Positions 37,003 through 45,234 of a stretch of 64,000 bases of DNA are shown here, piece by piece. The notes beneath the pieces are model-generated. The model made no database searches and was not told the origin of the DNA. It worked only from the letters and a program-made list of their open reading frames with translations. The stretch is from contig CAKZXZ010000178.1 of NCBI GenBank assembly GCA_937883775.1, positions 22,223-86,222 on the forward strand. Direction: 5' to 3'. How positions within the stretch are numbered: position 1 is the first letter of the stretch; every line of letters begins with the position of its first letter. The translations under genes and the position numbers were made by a program. The stretch is from an uncultured Rhodobacteraceae bacterium (lineage in GTDB: Bacteria; Pseudomonadota; Alphaproteobacteria; Rhodobacterales; Rhodobacteraceae).

Positions 37003-38517
37003 TCAGTTCAGCTTGACATAGACGGCCTTGGTCTCGGTGAAGGCCTCGAATGCCTGGCGCCCACGGTTGCGCCCCCAGCCGGACTGCTTGTAGCCGCCGA
37101 ACGGCATGGCCGCGTCGAAGACGTTGTAGCAATTCACAAACACCGTCCCGGCACGGATGGCTGACGCCACTTGGTGGGTCTTGCGCACGTCTGTCGTCCA
37201 GATGCCTGAACCGAGGCCGTAATCGGTATCGTTCGCGCGGCGGATGACATCATCGACATCCGAAAACCGCTCAATCGTCGCGACCGGCCCGAAGATCTCC
37301 TCGCGGACAATAGACATGTCCGGATCGACATCCGTGAACAGCGTCGGCTGCACGAAGAAGCCTTTTTCGCCAGCCCGCGCGCCACCGACGGCGACGGTCG
37401 CACCATCGGACTTGCCAGCCTCGACATAGCCCATGACCGTATCGAACTGGTTCTGTGAGACGAGCGGTCCCATGTCGGTGGCAGAGTCCTGTCCGGATCC
37501 AAGACGGATTTTCTCGGCCGCAGCGACCATTCCGGCGACGACCTGGTCATAGACCTTGTCTTCGACGTAAATCCGGGTGCCTGCGCAGCAGCATTCGCCC
37601 TGGTTGAAGAAGACGCCCATGGCGACCCCCTCGATGGCGGCGTCGAGGTCGGCGTCGGCGAAGATAATGTCGGGGGACTTCCCGCCAAGCTCAAGCGTGA
37701 CCTTCTTGAGGTTCGAGTCCGCAACCGACTTGAGCAGTCCGCGACCTGTGCGGGTCGAGCCGGTAAAGCCGATCTTGTCGACTTGCGGATGCTCCACGAG
37801 CCGCGCGCCGGCGTCACCGCCATACCCTTGAACGATGTTGACCACACCGGGCGGGATACCTGCTTCGAGCGCCAGTTCACCGAACCGGGTGATCGACAGG
37901 GGTGTGACCTCTGACGGTTTGAGGACAATGGTATTGCCCGCCGCAAGCGCGCCAGCCATCTGCCAGCCTGCTGCGATCAGAAGCGGATAGTTCCACGGCG
38001 TGATAAGGCCGACCACGCCAACGGGTTCTTCCACGGTGTAGGCGTGAAACTCCGCGCCGGGTATTGCGAAATCGGAGGTTGGCACGACGTGTCCCTCGCG
38101 GGTGCGCGCATGGGCGGCCATGTAGTGAAACAGATCAGCCGTCAGCGGAATGTCGGCGACCTGCGCCACCTGCACGGGTTTGCCGTTGTCGAGACTTTCG
38201 ATCCAGGCAAGTTCTTCGCAGTTCTCTTCGATCAGATCGCCGAGTTTTTGCAAGATGCGCTGGCGTTCCGCAGGCATCATGCGTGGCCAAGGTCCTTCGT
38301 CGAAGGCTTTGCGGGCAGCAGCCACTGCAGCGTCGATATCGGCTGCGCCGCCAAGCGCCACCGAGGTGATCGCTTCTTCGTTCGCCGGGTTGATGGTTTC
38401 AAAAGTCTCGCCTGATTTGGCGTTCACCCATTTGCCGTCGATCAAAAGACGGTGGTCTTTCTTCAGAAAGGCTTCAGCGGGTCCGAAGGTTGTCTTTATG
38501 GGGGTTATCACATTCAT
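37003..38517 (-). CDS. NAD(P)+ aldehyde dehydrogenase
   Basis: FTGSTRTGR, LELGGKSP, catalytic FFNQGECCCAGTR, and EEIFGPV. Confidence 0.9.
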   Translation of the reverse strand: MNVITPIKTTFGPAEAFLKKDHRLLIDGKWVNAKSGETFETINPANEEAITSVALGGAADIDAAVAAARKAFDEGPWPRMMPAERQRILQKLGDLIEENCEELAWIESLDNGKPVQVAQVADIPLTADLFHYMAAHARTREGHVVPTSDFAIPGAEFHAYTVEEPVGVVGLITPWNYPLLIAAGWQMAGALAAGNTIVLKPSEVTPLSITRFGELALEAGIPPGVVNIVQGYGGDAGARLVEHPQVDKIGFTGSTRTGRGLLKSVADSNLKKVTLELGGKSPDIIFADADLDAAIEGVAMGVFFNQGECCCAGTRIYVEDKVYDQVVAGMVAAAEKIRLGSGQDSATDMGPLVSQNQFDTVMGYVEAGKSDGATVAVGGARAGEKGFFVQPTLFTDVDPDMSIVREEIFGPVATIERFSDVDDVIRRANDTDYGLGSGIWTTDVRKTHQVASAIRAGTVFVNCYNVFDAAMPFGGYKQSGWGRNRGRQAFEAFTETKAVYVKLN

Positions 38518-38632
38518 ATCTCAGCTCCTTCCAGATGCGGGTTGATGCAACTGGCCCGGAGCGAGAAGGCCCGCTTCCGAACCTTCTCCAGATTTACGGG
38601 ACTTGCGCCGATCCGTATTCTGGCTGCCACTG

Positions 38633-38698
38633 CGCGATTCTGGATTCGTTAACCTCGGCTGCGCTGATGCTGAAATTGACGAAAGAATCCAGAACGCG
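38633..38698. promoter_or_regulatory. inverted repeat CGCGATTCTGGATTC ... GAATCCAGAACGCG in the ALDH / Dps-like divergent promoter region
   Basis: Arms at 38633-38647 and 38685-38698, with one indel. A related string GCGATTCTGAAT recurs at 43090-43101. Confidence 0.4.
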
Positions 38699-38770
38699 AA
38701 TGGGAAATTCAGAATAACTTCCGCCGCTGTTTCGGTCACAGTGTAGTACTGCCCCAAGCTAGGAGCACTC

Positions 38771-39241
38771 ATGCCATCGGAACCGCGAGAGGTGATCTCA
38801 GGCGGCCTGCTTCGCCTTCTCGCCGACACCTTTGTTTTGCTCTACAAGGCGCGGCATCTTTCTTGGCGCGTGAATGGCGATGTTAGTGAGGGTGTTCGCG
38901 CGATTATCAAGCAGGATCACAGGGATCTGGATGATGCCGCCGACAAGATCGCACGTCATGTCATCGCGCTCGGTCGAGAGCTCGCACCCAGTTACAGCGA
39001 CCTGATCGGCAGTTCATCGATCAACCAGGAACTGGCGCTGCGATCCGAAATGGATATGATCCGGCAGATCGAAGCAGACCACGCTCAGATCCTGGCGGAT
39101 ATCGACACGTTGGAGGCTGCGCTGCCTTTGCAAGAAGATGAGGATTCGCAGCGACTTCTGCAGCACTTGCGGGATTGCCACGAAAACTGCCGCGTTAGCT
39201 TGTCCGCGTTACTGCCCGCCGAAGGGCAACAGAAGCACTAA
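38771..39241 (+). CDS. Dps/ferritin-like protein, apparently degenerate ferroxidase site
   Basis: LLRLLADTFVLLYKARHLSWRVNGD...DLDDAADKIARHVIALG aligns by eye to the Dps H-W-x-V-x-G...D-x-x-A-E-R region, but with R in place of the Glu. Confidence 0.55.
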   Translation: MPSEPREVISGGLLRLLADTFVLLYKARHLSWRVNGDVSEGVRAIIKQDHRDLDDAADKIARHVIALGRELAPSYSDLIGSSSINQELALRSEMDMIRQIEADHAQILADIDTLEAALPLQEDEDSQRLLQHLRDCHENCRVSLSALLPAEGQQKH

Positions 39242-39255
39242 AGCGAAAAGACTTT

Positions 39256-39420
39256 TTAGTCTTGCACTTCTTTCCGATACCGCCCCGGGGTAACGCCGAG
39301 CTTCTGGCGGAAGACATCGGTCATGTGGCTTTGCGAGGCGAAGCCGCACGCATAAGCGACCTCAGCAAGGGGCATCGTCCCGACCGCGAGAAGTTCTTGA
39401 GCCCGCGCGATGCGACGGGA
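39256..39420. repeat. conserved 3'-end module of AraC array, copy A
   Basis: ..TTCCGATACCGCCCCGG.GT.ACGCCGAGCTTCTGGCGGAAGACATCGGTCATGTGGCT.TGCGAGGCGAAGCCGCA.. By-eye estimate of roughly 90% identity to copy B over about 160 nt; no alignment was run. Confidence 0.7.
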
Positions 39421-40151
39421 GAGGACGTACTGATGCGGCGTCTGGCCGAAGGTGGATTTGAACGCCTGCGCGAACGGAGCTTCCGGCTGATCGACCAGGG
39501 TTGCGAGATCGCGCATTCCCAGATTCTGATCAAGATGAGCCTCGATGTGGTCATCGATCTGTGTCCTCAGCCGATCGACAAGGGGGTTTTTGGCGGCGCC
39601 ATGCCCGCGTGGAGATGTCCCGTCTCGAAGACGAAGCAGCGTCGCTGCAATGGCGATCAGCGCGCCATCGGCGAAGAGATCTCCGTGCGGATTGCCAGCT
39701 TCGCTCTCCCGCCAAAGCTGGAGACAAAGCTGCTCTAAGAAAAAATCACGAAATGACCCAGCATAAAGCTGGCCGAAATCACCGTCTATACGGCAGCCTG
39801 CCTCTTCCGATACATCCCGGATCCAGATGAACGGCAAAACGAAGCCCGTAGTTCATGATTTCCTTCAGCCAAAATATGACTGGTTGTCTCCGGCGCCTGT
39901 ACTTCAAACTCTCCAAATCGTTGATGGGATCGCAGGCGACCTGCACCACGATCTCTCGTGATCGGAGCATCAGCGCTGAGAATCTGAGTAAGAACGATAT
40001 CAGGGTGGGCAGGGTCAGAGAAATCGCCCTCCGGCTGTGCGGCGTGAAACATGCGCACGGGGTCTGTCCCAGCAGAGCGGGTCTCTGTCACGAATGGAGC
40101 TTAGGGACCGCGTGTATAGAAATCGAAGAAGTCTGCATACAAATCGCTCAT
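39256..40151 (-). pseudogene. AraC-family regulator, decayed paralog of 41017..41913
   Basis: In-frame TAA at codon 17 (40103-40101; MSDLYADFFDFYTRGP*, where the paralog has GPY). One frameshift near 39855 (HELR|GFVLPFIWIRDV). The C-terminal HTH is intact in sequence. Confidence 0.65.
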
Positions 40152-40312
40152 CCCCGCACCTCCTTCCGATACCGCCCCGGCGTGACGCCGAGCTTCTGGC
40201 GGAAGACATCGGTCATGTGGCTCTGCGAGGCGAAGCCGCAGGCATAGGCGATTTCAGCAATGGGCATCGTCCCGACCGCAAGAAGTTCTTGAGCCCGCGC
40301 GATGCGTCGGGA
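40148..40312. repeat. conserved 3'-end module of AraC array, copy B
   Basis: See copy A. About 7 mismatches to copy C over the first ~105 nt, counted by eye. Confidence 0.7.
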
Positions 40313-41020
40313 GAGAACAAATCTGTACGGAGTTTGGCCGGTCGTGACACTAAACGCTCGCAAGAAGGCCGAAGCAGGCATGTCAGCCAGCGCGGCGAGA
40401 TCCTCTGTGCTGAAATTTAAGTCCAGAGACTGCTCCACGAGGTCTGTGACGGATTCAAGGTGCGATGGCGACAGTCTGATATCGCCTCTTGGTTCAGTGC
40501 GACCAAGGTGTTCGAGAACGACGCCTGCGACAAGCAAGACCAAACCTTCGAAAAAGAGTTTATCGGATTTTGCGTTGTTTTCTGACCTGGATAGTTGAGT
40601 GGCGATCTGGCCAAATACCCAGGTCGTACGAGGGTCTACGGAACCGACCAGAGATCGGTGCTCCGCACCAGTCTGTCCCGAGTGGTCTCGGGAAAGTGCG
40701 GTCAATCCTTTCGAGAACTCGATGACGAGGGGGGCCGCGACTGGCTCGACACCGTTCTCTCTGATGTGGGTCCCCGCCGGATGATACGACCAACTCAGCT
40801 TGGGCCAAACCGCACTACTGACGCGGTCCGAATTCAGTGCAAAATTGCTGCGTCCGCCTTCTGTGTTGAAAACAAGGAAATCTGACTCAAAGGCCGAATC
40901 AACTTCCCAATGCTCACCGAGGTCCCCAACATCCGCCTCATAGACACGCCAAATCGGGCTCGAGAGGTAGTTGGTGATCGTAGGACGCTTGGAGAAGGCG
41001 TCGAAAAGATCTGGGTTCAT
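40148..41020 (-). CDS. AraC-family transcriptional regulator
   Basis: C-terminal dual HTH ..YRFVLSRRIARAQELLAVGTMPIAEIAYACGFASQSHMTDVFRQKLGVTPGRYRKEVRG. ATGA overlaps at both ends. Confidence 0.8.
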   Translation of the reverse strand: MNPDLFDAFSKRPTITNYLSSPIWRVYEADVGDLGEHWEVDSAFESDFLVFNTEGGRSNFALNSDRVSSAVWPKLSWSYHPAGTHIRENGVEPVAAPLVIEFSKGLTALSRDHSGQTGAEHRSLVGSVDPRTTWVFGQIATQLSRSENNAKSDKLFFEGLVLLVAGVVLEHLGRTEPRGDIRLSPSHLESVTDLVEQSLDLNFSTEDLAALADMPASAFLRAFSVTTGQTPYRFVLSRRIARAQELLAVGTMPIAEIAYACGFASQSHMTDVFRQKLGVTPGRYRKEVRG

Positions 41021-41125
41021 CCCCGCACCTCCTTCCGATACCGCCCCGGCGCGACGCCGAGTTTCTGGCGGAAGACGTCTGTCATGTGGCTCTGCGAGGC
41101 GAAGCCGCAGGTATAGGCGACTTCC
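41017..41125. repeat. conserved 3'-end module of AraC array, copy C
   Basis: TCATCCCCGCACCTCCTTCCGATACCGCCCCGGCG... is identical to copy B for the first 34 nt. Confidence 0.7.
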
Positions 41126-41913
41126 GCAAGCGGCAACTCGCCAGTGGCGAGCAACTCCTGTGCCCGCGCGATGCGGCGGGCCAAGACATATTGGTGCGGA
41201 GTTTGGCCATATACGGCCTTGAACGCCTGCGCGAAGGCAGCTTCCGGCTGATCGACTAAGGCGGCAAGATCGCGCATGCCGAAGCTTTGGTCGAGATGCG
41301 CATCGATGTAATGGTCGATCTGTGTCCTCAGCCGATCAACCAGTGGATTGGTGGCGGGAGCAGGCGCTGCTGCAAAGGCTGCGCCCTGAAGTCGGAGAAG
41401 GGTTGCGGCGATACCGATCAGTGCACCGTCGGCAAAAAGATCTCCATGCGGGTTGCCAGCCTCGCTCTCAAGCCAGAGGCGCTGGCAAAGCTGTTCGAGG
41501 AAGAAGTCACGGAACGGCGCGGCATGAAGCTGGCCGAAATCTCCGTCAGCACGATGCCCGGAACTCTCTAGGACATCGTGAATACGACTGAAGGGAAGCA
41601 CGAAGACGCGCAGTTCGTGATCGCCTTCTGACAAGATCGTACTTGGTACATTTGGCGCTTGCACCTCGAAGTCACCGAACCTTTGGAGCGACCGCACGCG
41701 GCCTGCCCCATAGTCTCGGGTTATGGGCGCTTCGGCGCCGAGGATTTGTACAAGCATAACGTCATTATGGGCCGGGTCGGAGAAATCGCCCTCCGTCTGG
41801 GCAGCATGGATCATCCGCACCGGCTCCGTTCCAGCCGAGCGGGTTTCCGTCGCGAATGGCGCATAGGGTCCGCGCGTGTAAAAATCGAAGTAGTCCAAGT
41901 ACGTCTCGTTCAC
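41017..41913 (-). CDS. AraC-family transcriptional regulator
   Basis: GTG start overlapping the upstream stop (GTGA). C-terminal HTH ..AEVAYTCGFASQSHMTDVFRQKLGVAPGRYRKEVRG. Confidence 0.85.
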   Translation of the reverse strand: MNETYLDYFDFYTRGPYAPFATETRSAGTEPVRMIHAAQTEGDFSDPAHNDVMLVQILGAEAPITRDYGAGRVRSLQRFGDFEVQAPNVPSTILSEGDHELRVFVLPFSRIHDVLESSGHRADGDFGQLHAAPFRDFFLEQLCQRLWLESEAGNPHGDLFADGALIGIAATLLRLQGAAFAAAPAPATNPLVDRLRTQIDHYIDAHLDQSFGMRDLAALVDQPEAAFAQAFKAVYGQTPHQYVLARRIARAQELLATGELPLAEVAYTCGFASQSHMTDVFRQKLGVAPGRYRKEVRG

Positions 41914-42015
41914 CCCTGCACCTCCTTCCGATACCGCCCAGGTGTGACGCCGAGCTTCTGGCGGAAGACACCGGTCATGTGGCTCTGCGAGGCGAAGCCG
42001 CAGGCATACGCGACC
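41910..42015. repeat. conserved 3'-end module of AraC array, copy D
   Basis: TCACCCCTGCACCTCCTTCCGATACCGCCCAGGTGTGACGCCGAGCTTCTGGCGGAAGACACCGGTCATGTGGCTCTGCGAGGCGAAGCCGCAGG. Confidence 0.7.
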
Positions 42016-42779
42016 TCGGCAAGAGATATGTCGCCCGCCGCAAGTATCTCCTGAGCGCGTGCGATGCGATTGACCAAGACAAACTGGTAGGGCGTGTGGC
42101 CTGTCTCCGCCTTGAACATGTCTCGCAAACGCACCGACGGCATCGCCACATGCGCGGCGACGCTTTCGAGAGACAAGGACTCCGACAGGTTGCCCAAAAG
42201 GTACTCCTTCGCTTTCCTGACAGAGGCTCTGTCTACCACAATTCTAGGTTTTTTTGAACAAACCGGGTGAGCGCCAAGCGCTGTGGTGTATGTCCGCACG
42301 AAATGACGCGCGAGTACATGATAGAAACTATCCAACAAAAAGTAGTCCTTTGGAGTAGCTCTGCAAACCTCTTCAAACAATGCCCGCGCAATTTGCGACA
42401 GAAATGGGTCTGCACGACCGAGTGCGCAGTTTATAAAAACGGACGACGATGGTATCTCCATCTCGCGTTCAACGAACTCTGATAGCTTCCCGCTATCAAA
42501 ATAGATGTGAAGTACATCAACCAATCGGGGGGCGCGCCAGGACGTCTCTTGCCCCCTCTGGATCACGGTCACCGCGTTGGGTCGATCGACCGCGCCTGCG
42601 AGACGGCCATGGTGATACTTTTCGACAGCGAAACTCCCGCCCATACTGATGTTTAGAGTGTGGTCGCGAGGCGGTTCCATATCCATACGCTCCGGAAAGC
42701 GCTGCAACAAACGCGTGACTGCGAACCGTTCAGAATAGTAGCATCCGAGTTCGTAGACGCTTTCGAACCGTTCTTCCAT
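41910..42779 (-). CDS. AraC-family transcriptional regulator
   Basis: Start chosen at MEERFESVYELGCYY by analogy with the paralog N-termini; longer alternatives reach 42941. C-terminal ..AEVAYACGFASQSHMTGVFRQKLGVTPGRYRKEVQG. Confidence 0.7.
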   Translation of the reverse strand: MEERFESVYELGCYYSERFAVTRLLQRFPERMDMEPPRDHTLNISMGGSFAVEKYHHGRLAGAVDRPNAVTVIQRGQETSWRAPRLVDVLHIYFDSGKLSEFVEREMEIPSSSVFINCALGRADPFLSQIARALFEEVCRATPKDYFLLDSFYHVLARHFVRTYTTALGAHPVCSKKPRIVVDRASVRKAKEYLLGNLSESLSLESVAAHVAMPSVRLRDMFKAETGHTPYQFVLVNRIARAQEILAAGDISLAEVAYACGFASQSHMTGVFRQKLGVTPGRYRKEVQG

Positions 42780-43080
42780 TATGGCGCGAGACCGCTTGAA
42801 CGGAAGACCGCCCGGAGGCGTCGCCGCAGTCATGGGCTCCCTCCTGGACTTGTAGAACCCTCCGAAAGACCGCTGCACCGGCCCAGTGCGCTTCGACCAC
42901 GAAAACGCCCCGCAGCCGAGCTGGACGTCAGGAAACGCCATCCTTCCGTATCGAAACTCTTGGTCCTCACCTCTATGTCACCTAGTTTTCTCACTTCCGG
43001 CTGCCTGTACATCCATGCCGAGCTCCACACCGAAACATTTAAACGGGCAACTTATAGCCTCGGCGGCAGGTGTATTCTGA

Positions 43081-43138
43081 AATCTCCCCGCGATTCTGAA
43101 TTTCCATTTCACAGACGAAATCCTGAATCTCCCCGCGA
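43081..43138. promoter_or_regulatory. direct repeat AATCTCCCCGCGA x2 (45-nt period) between AraC array and isochorismatase gene
   Basis: Copies at 43081-43093 and 43126-43138, each preceded by CTGAA. Candidate AraC-type half sites. Confidence 0.4.
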
Positions 43139-43203
43139 AATGCAGAATACTCGAGCCAATTTCCCCTTCACCCTGACAAAAACGTCTTGTTCCGGACAGG
43201 GGA

Positions 43204-43800
43204 ATGCCAATGGCAACGCACTTTACGCCAGAAAACACCGCGCTGCTTCTGATCGACCATCAGATTGGCACGATGCAACTGATCAAGAACATCGCTGTGG
43301 ATGACGCCAAGCGAAACGCCATCGCGCTGGCGAAGATGGCGCAGATTTTTGACATGCCGGTGATCCTGACATCGAGCCAGGAGGATCGGGTCCAAGGCCC
43401 GCTGATATCCGAGCTTGAAGAGCTTCACCCCAAGGCGTTCGCAGCCAGGATCAAGCGGCCCGGCGTGGTGAATGCTTGGGCGTACGCGCCATTCAAGGAG
43501 GCGGTCGAAGCGACGGGCAAGAAAAACCTGATCATGGCCGGAGTAACGACCGATGTCTGTCTGGTCTTTCCAGCAATTGATGCTGCTCATGACGGCTACG
43601 GTGTTCAAACCGTGATGGACGCCTCCGGCTCTCCGTTCGATTTGTCCGAGGACATGTCGCGTCGGCGCATGGAACGAGCGGGCGTGGTTCTAACGGCGAC
43701 CAATACGCTGATCGCAGAACTCGCACAGGATTGGTCCACGGCGGAAGGGCAACAGCTCATCCAACTCCTTTTCTCTGACGTTATTCCAGCGATCGGATGA
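43204..43800 (+). CDS. isochorismatase-family cysteine hydrolase (YcaC-like)
   Basis: ALLLIDHQ...LIMAGVTTDVCLVFPA, which contains the catalytic Cys. Confidence 0.85.
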   Translation: MPMATHFTPENTALLLIDHQIGTMQLIKNIAVDDAKRNAIALAKMAQIFDMPVILTSSQEDRVQGPLISELEELHPKAFAARIKRPGVVNAWAYAPFKEAVEATGKKNLIMAGVTTDVCLVFPAIDAAHDGYGVQTVMDASGSPFDLSEDMSRRRMERAGVVLTATNTLIAELAQDWSTAEGQQLIQLLFSDVIPAIG

Positions 43801-43809
43801 AGCAGTCCA

Positions 43810-44544
43810 ATGCCCGATCCAAAGACCCACCACATGCTCGACGAAGCGCTTGACGAGAGCTTTCCTGCCTCCGATCCCTTGCCCGTGTCTCCCGGCACAG
43901 ACGAACCCAAGCCATTGCTGCACTTCATGCCGGGCACCTGTGCGTTGGGTGTGCACATCGCGCTGGAGTGGAGTAACGCGCCTTATGACACGCGCGAAGT
44001 AAGGCGAACACAACTGACATCGCCAGCCTATCTCAAACTGAACCCGGCCGGTGTTGTTCCGACCCTGGAATTCGAGAACAGCGTTCTCACAGAGGCGTCC
44101 GCCATCATGCTGCATTTGGCGCGGCGCTATCCCTTGCTTGGTCTTGATGACGAAACGCTCACAGACCGGCGCTTCCACTTCGAACGCCTCGTGATTTTCT
44201 TGGGCGGCTCTCTACATCCCCATTTTTGGCCTTGGTTCGTGCCTGAGCGCTACGGCGCGACGACCAATGTTGAGAAAGCGCGCGTGAAGCGGGCAGCCGA
44301 AATTCTTATAGCCGCCGCTCTTGACCGATTGGAGGCTGATCTCGGCGAGCGTGCATTCTTCATTGGAGATCGGCCGAGCGTTATTGATGCCTATGCGTTT
44401 CCAATGCTGCGTTGGGGGTATCAACTCGACAAGCCAACCTCGGCCTATCCCAATCTCGACCGCCTGATGCGAAGCCTCTCGACCGATCCCGGGGTCCAAA
44501 AGGCGATGACTTCGCAGGGTCTGCCACCCCTCTTTGCGGATTGA
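43810..44544 (+). CDS. glutathione S-transferase with ~35-aa N-terminal extension
   Basis: GST core LLHFMPGTCALGVHIALEW...LKLNPAGVVPTLEF...SAIMLHLARRYP. The extension is MPDPKTHHMLDEALDESFPASDPLPVSPGTDEPK. Confidence 0.8.
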   Translation: MPDPKTHHMLDEALDESFPASDPLPVSPGTDEPKPLLHFMPGTCALGVHIALEWSNAPYDTREVRRTQLTSPAYLKLNPAGVVPTLEFENSVLTEASAIMLHLARRYPLLGLDDETLTDRRFHFERLVIFLGGSLHPHFWPWFVPERYGATTNVEKARVKRAAEILIAAALDRLEADLGERAFFIGDRPSVIDAYAFPMLRWGYQLDKPTSAYPNLDRLMRSLSTDPGVQKAMTSQGLPPLFAD

Positions 44545-44558
44545 CGAAAGGACCCACC

Positions 44559-45032
44559 ATGCACCCGACCAAGAACGATCTCGCAGATAACGTCCGGGCG
44601 GCGTCTATAGAACTCCTGCAAGCGCGCCTCTCCGACGCCATCGATCTGACAACCCAGACAAAACAAGCCCACTGGAATGTTAAGGGGCCGAGCTTCATCG
44701 CGCTCCACGAGCTATTCGATCAAATCCACGGAGAGATGGAAGAGCATGTCGATACGATCGCTGAGCGCTTGGTGTCCATTGGCGGTCAGGCCTATGGTAC
44801 CGCTAGAACCGCTGCGGAGCGATCCACCCTCCCTGAATACCCGCTCGATATCAACGAAGGGTCGGCACACATCGACGCCCTATCGTCGGCGATGGCCTCG
44901 TTTGCAAAGTCAACGCGAGAAGCCATCGACGAGGCGTCCGAAATCGGCGACGAAGACACTGCAGATGTCTTCACGGGGGTCTCGCGCGCCATCGACAAAT
45001 CGCTTTGGTTCGTCGAAGCGCACGCGGCATAA
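44559..45032 (+). CDS. dps: Dps (DNA starvation/stationary-phase protection protein)
   Basis: TKQAHWNVKGPSFIALHELFDQIHGEMEEHVDTIAERLVSIGG is the canonical ferroxidase-site pattern. Confidence 0.9.
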   Translation: MHPTKNDLADNVRAASIELLQARLSDAIDLTTQTKQAHWNVKGPSFIALHELFDQIHGEMEEHVDTIAERLVSIGGQAYGTARTAAERSTLPEYPLDINEGSAHIDALSSAMASFAKSTREAIDEASEIGDEDTADVFTGVSRAIDKSLWFVEAHAA

Positions 45033-45234
45033 TCATGAGGCACAGGGTTGCAACGCACACGTCGGTGCCTGAGGCAACCGGTCGAACGACACAGCTGCCG
45101 ACCGACTGCTTTCTGGCCGCACCCAGACCGATCCGATCCCGCCAGCTTGAGATCATCGCTGACACAGATCTCGATCTCGCAACATCGTTCTGAGCCGATG
45201 GGCTTGGGAACCGAACACGATCACCTTGACATAG

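Noticed and set aside
35596-37132. Long N-terminal extensions of the OYE (to 35850) and Fe-ADH (to 37132) ORFs given in the track
   Set aside because: The extensions are Arg-rich, overlap the upstream genes, and are absent from the family N-termini. Internal ATGs at 35595 and 36847 give canonical protein starts (MTELFSPY.., MPDFFFLPPMN..).
37134-37946. 270-aa ORF in an alternative frame of the aldehyde dehydrogenase gene (same strand)
   Set aside because: It is Ser/Arg/Pro-rich. The ALDH frame contains every catalytic motif.
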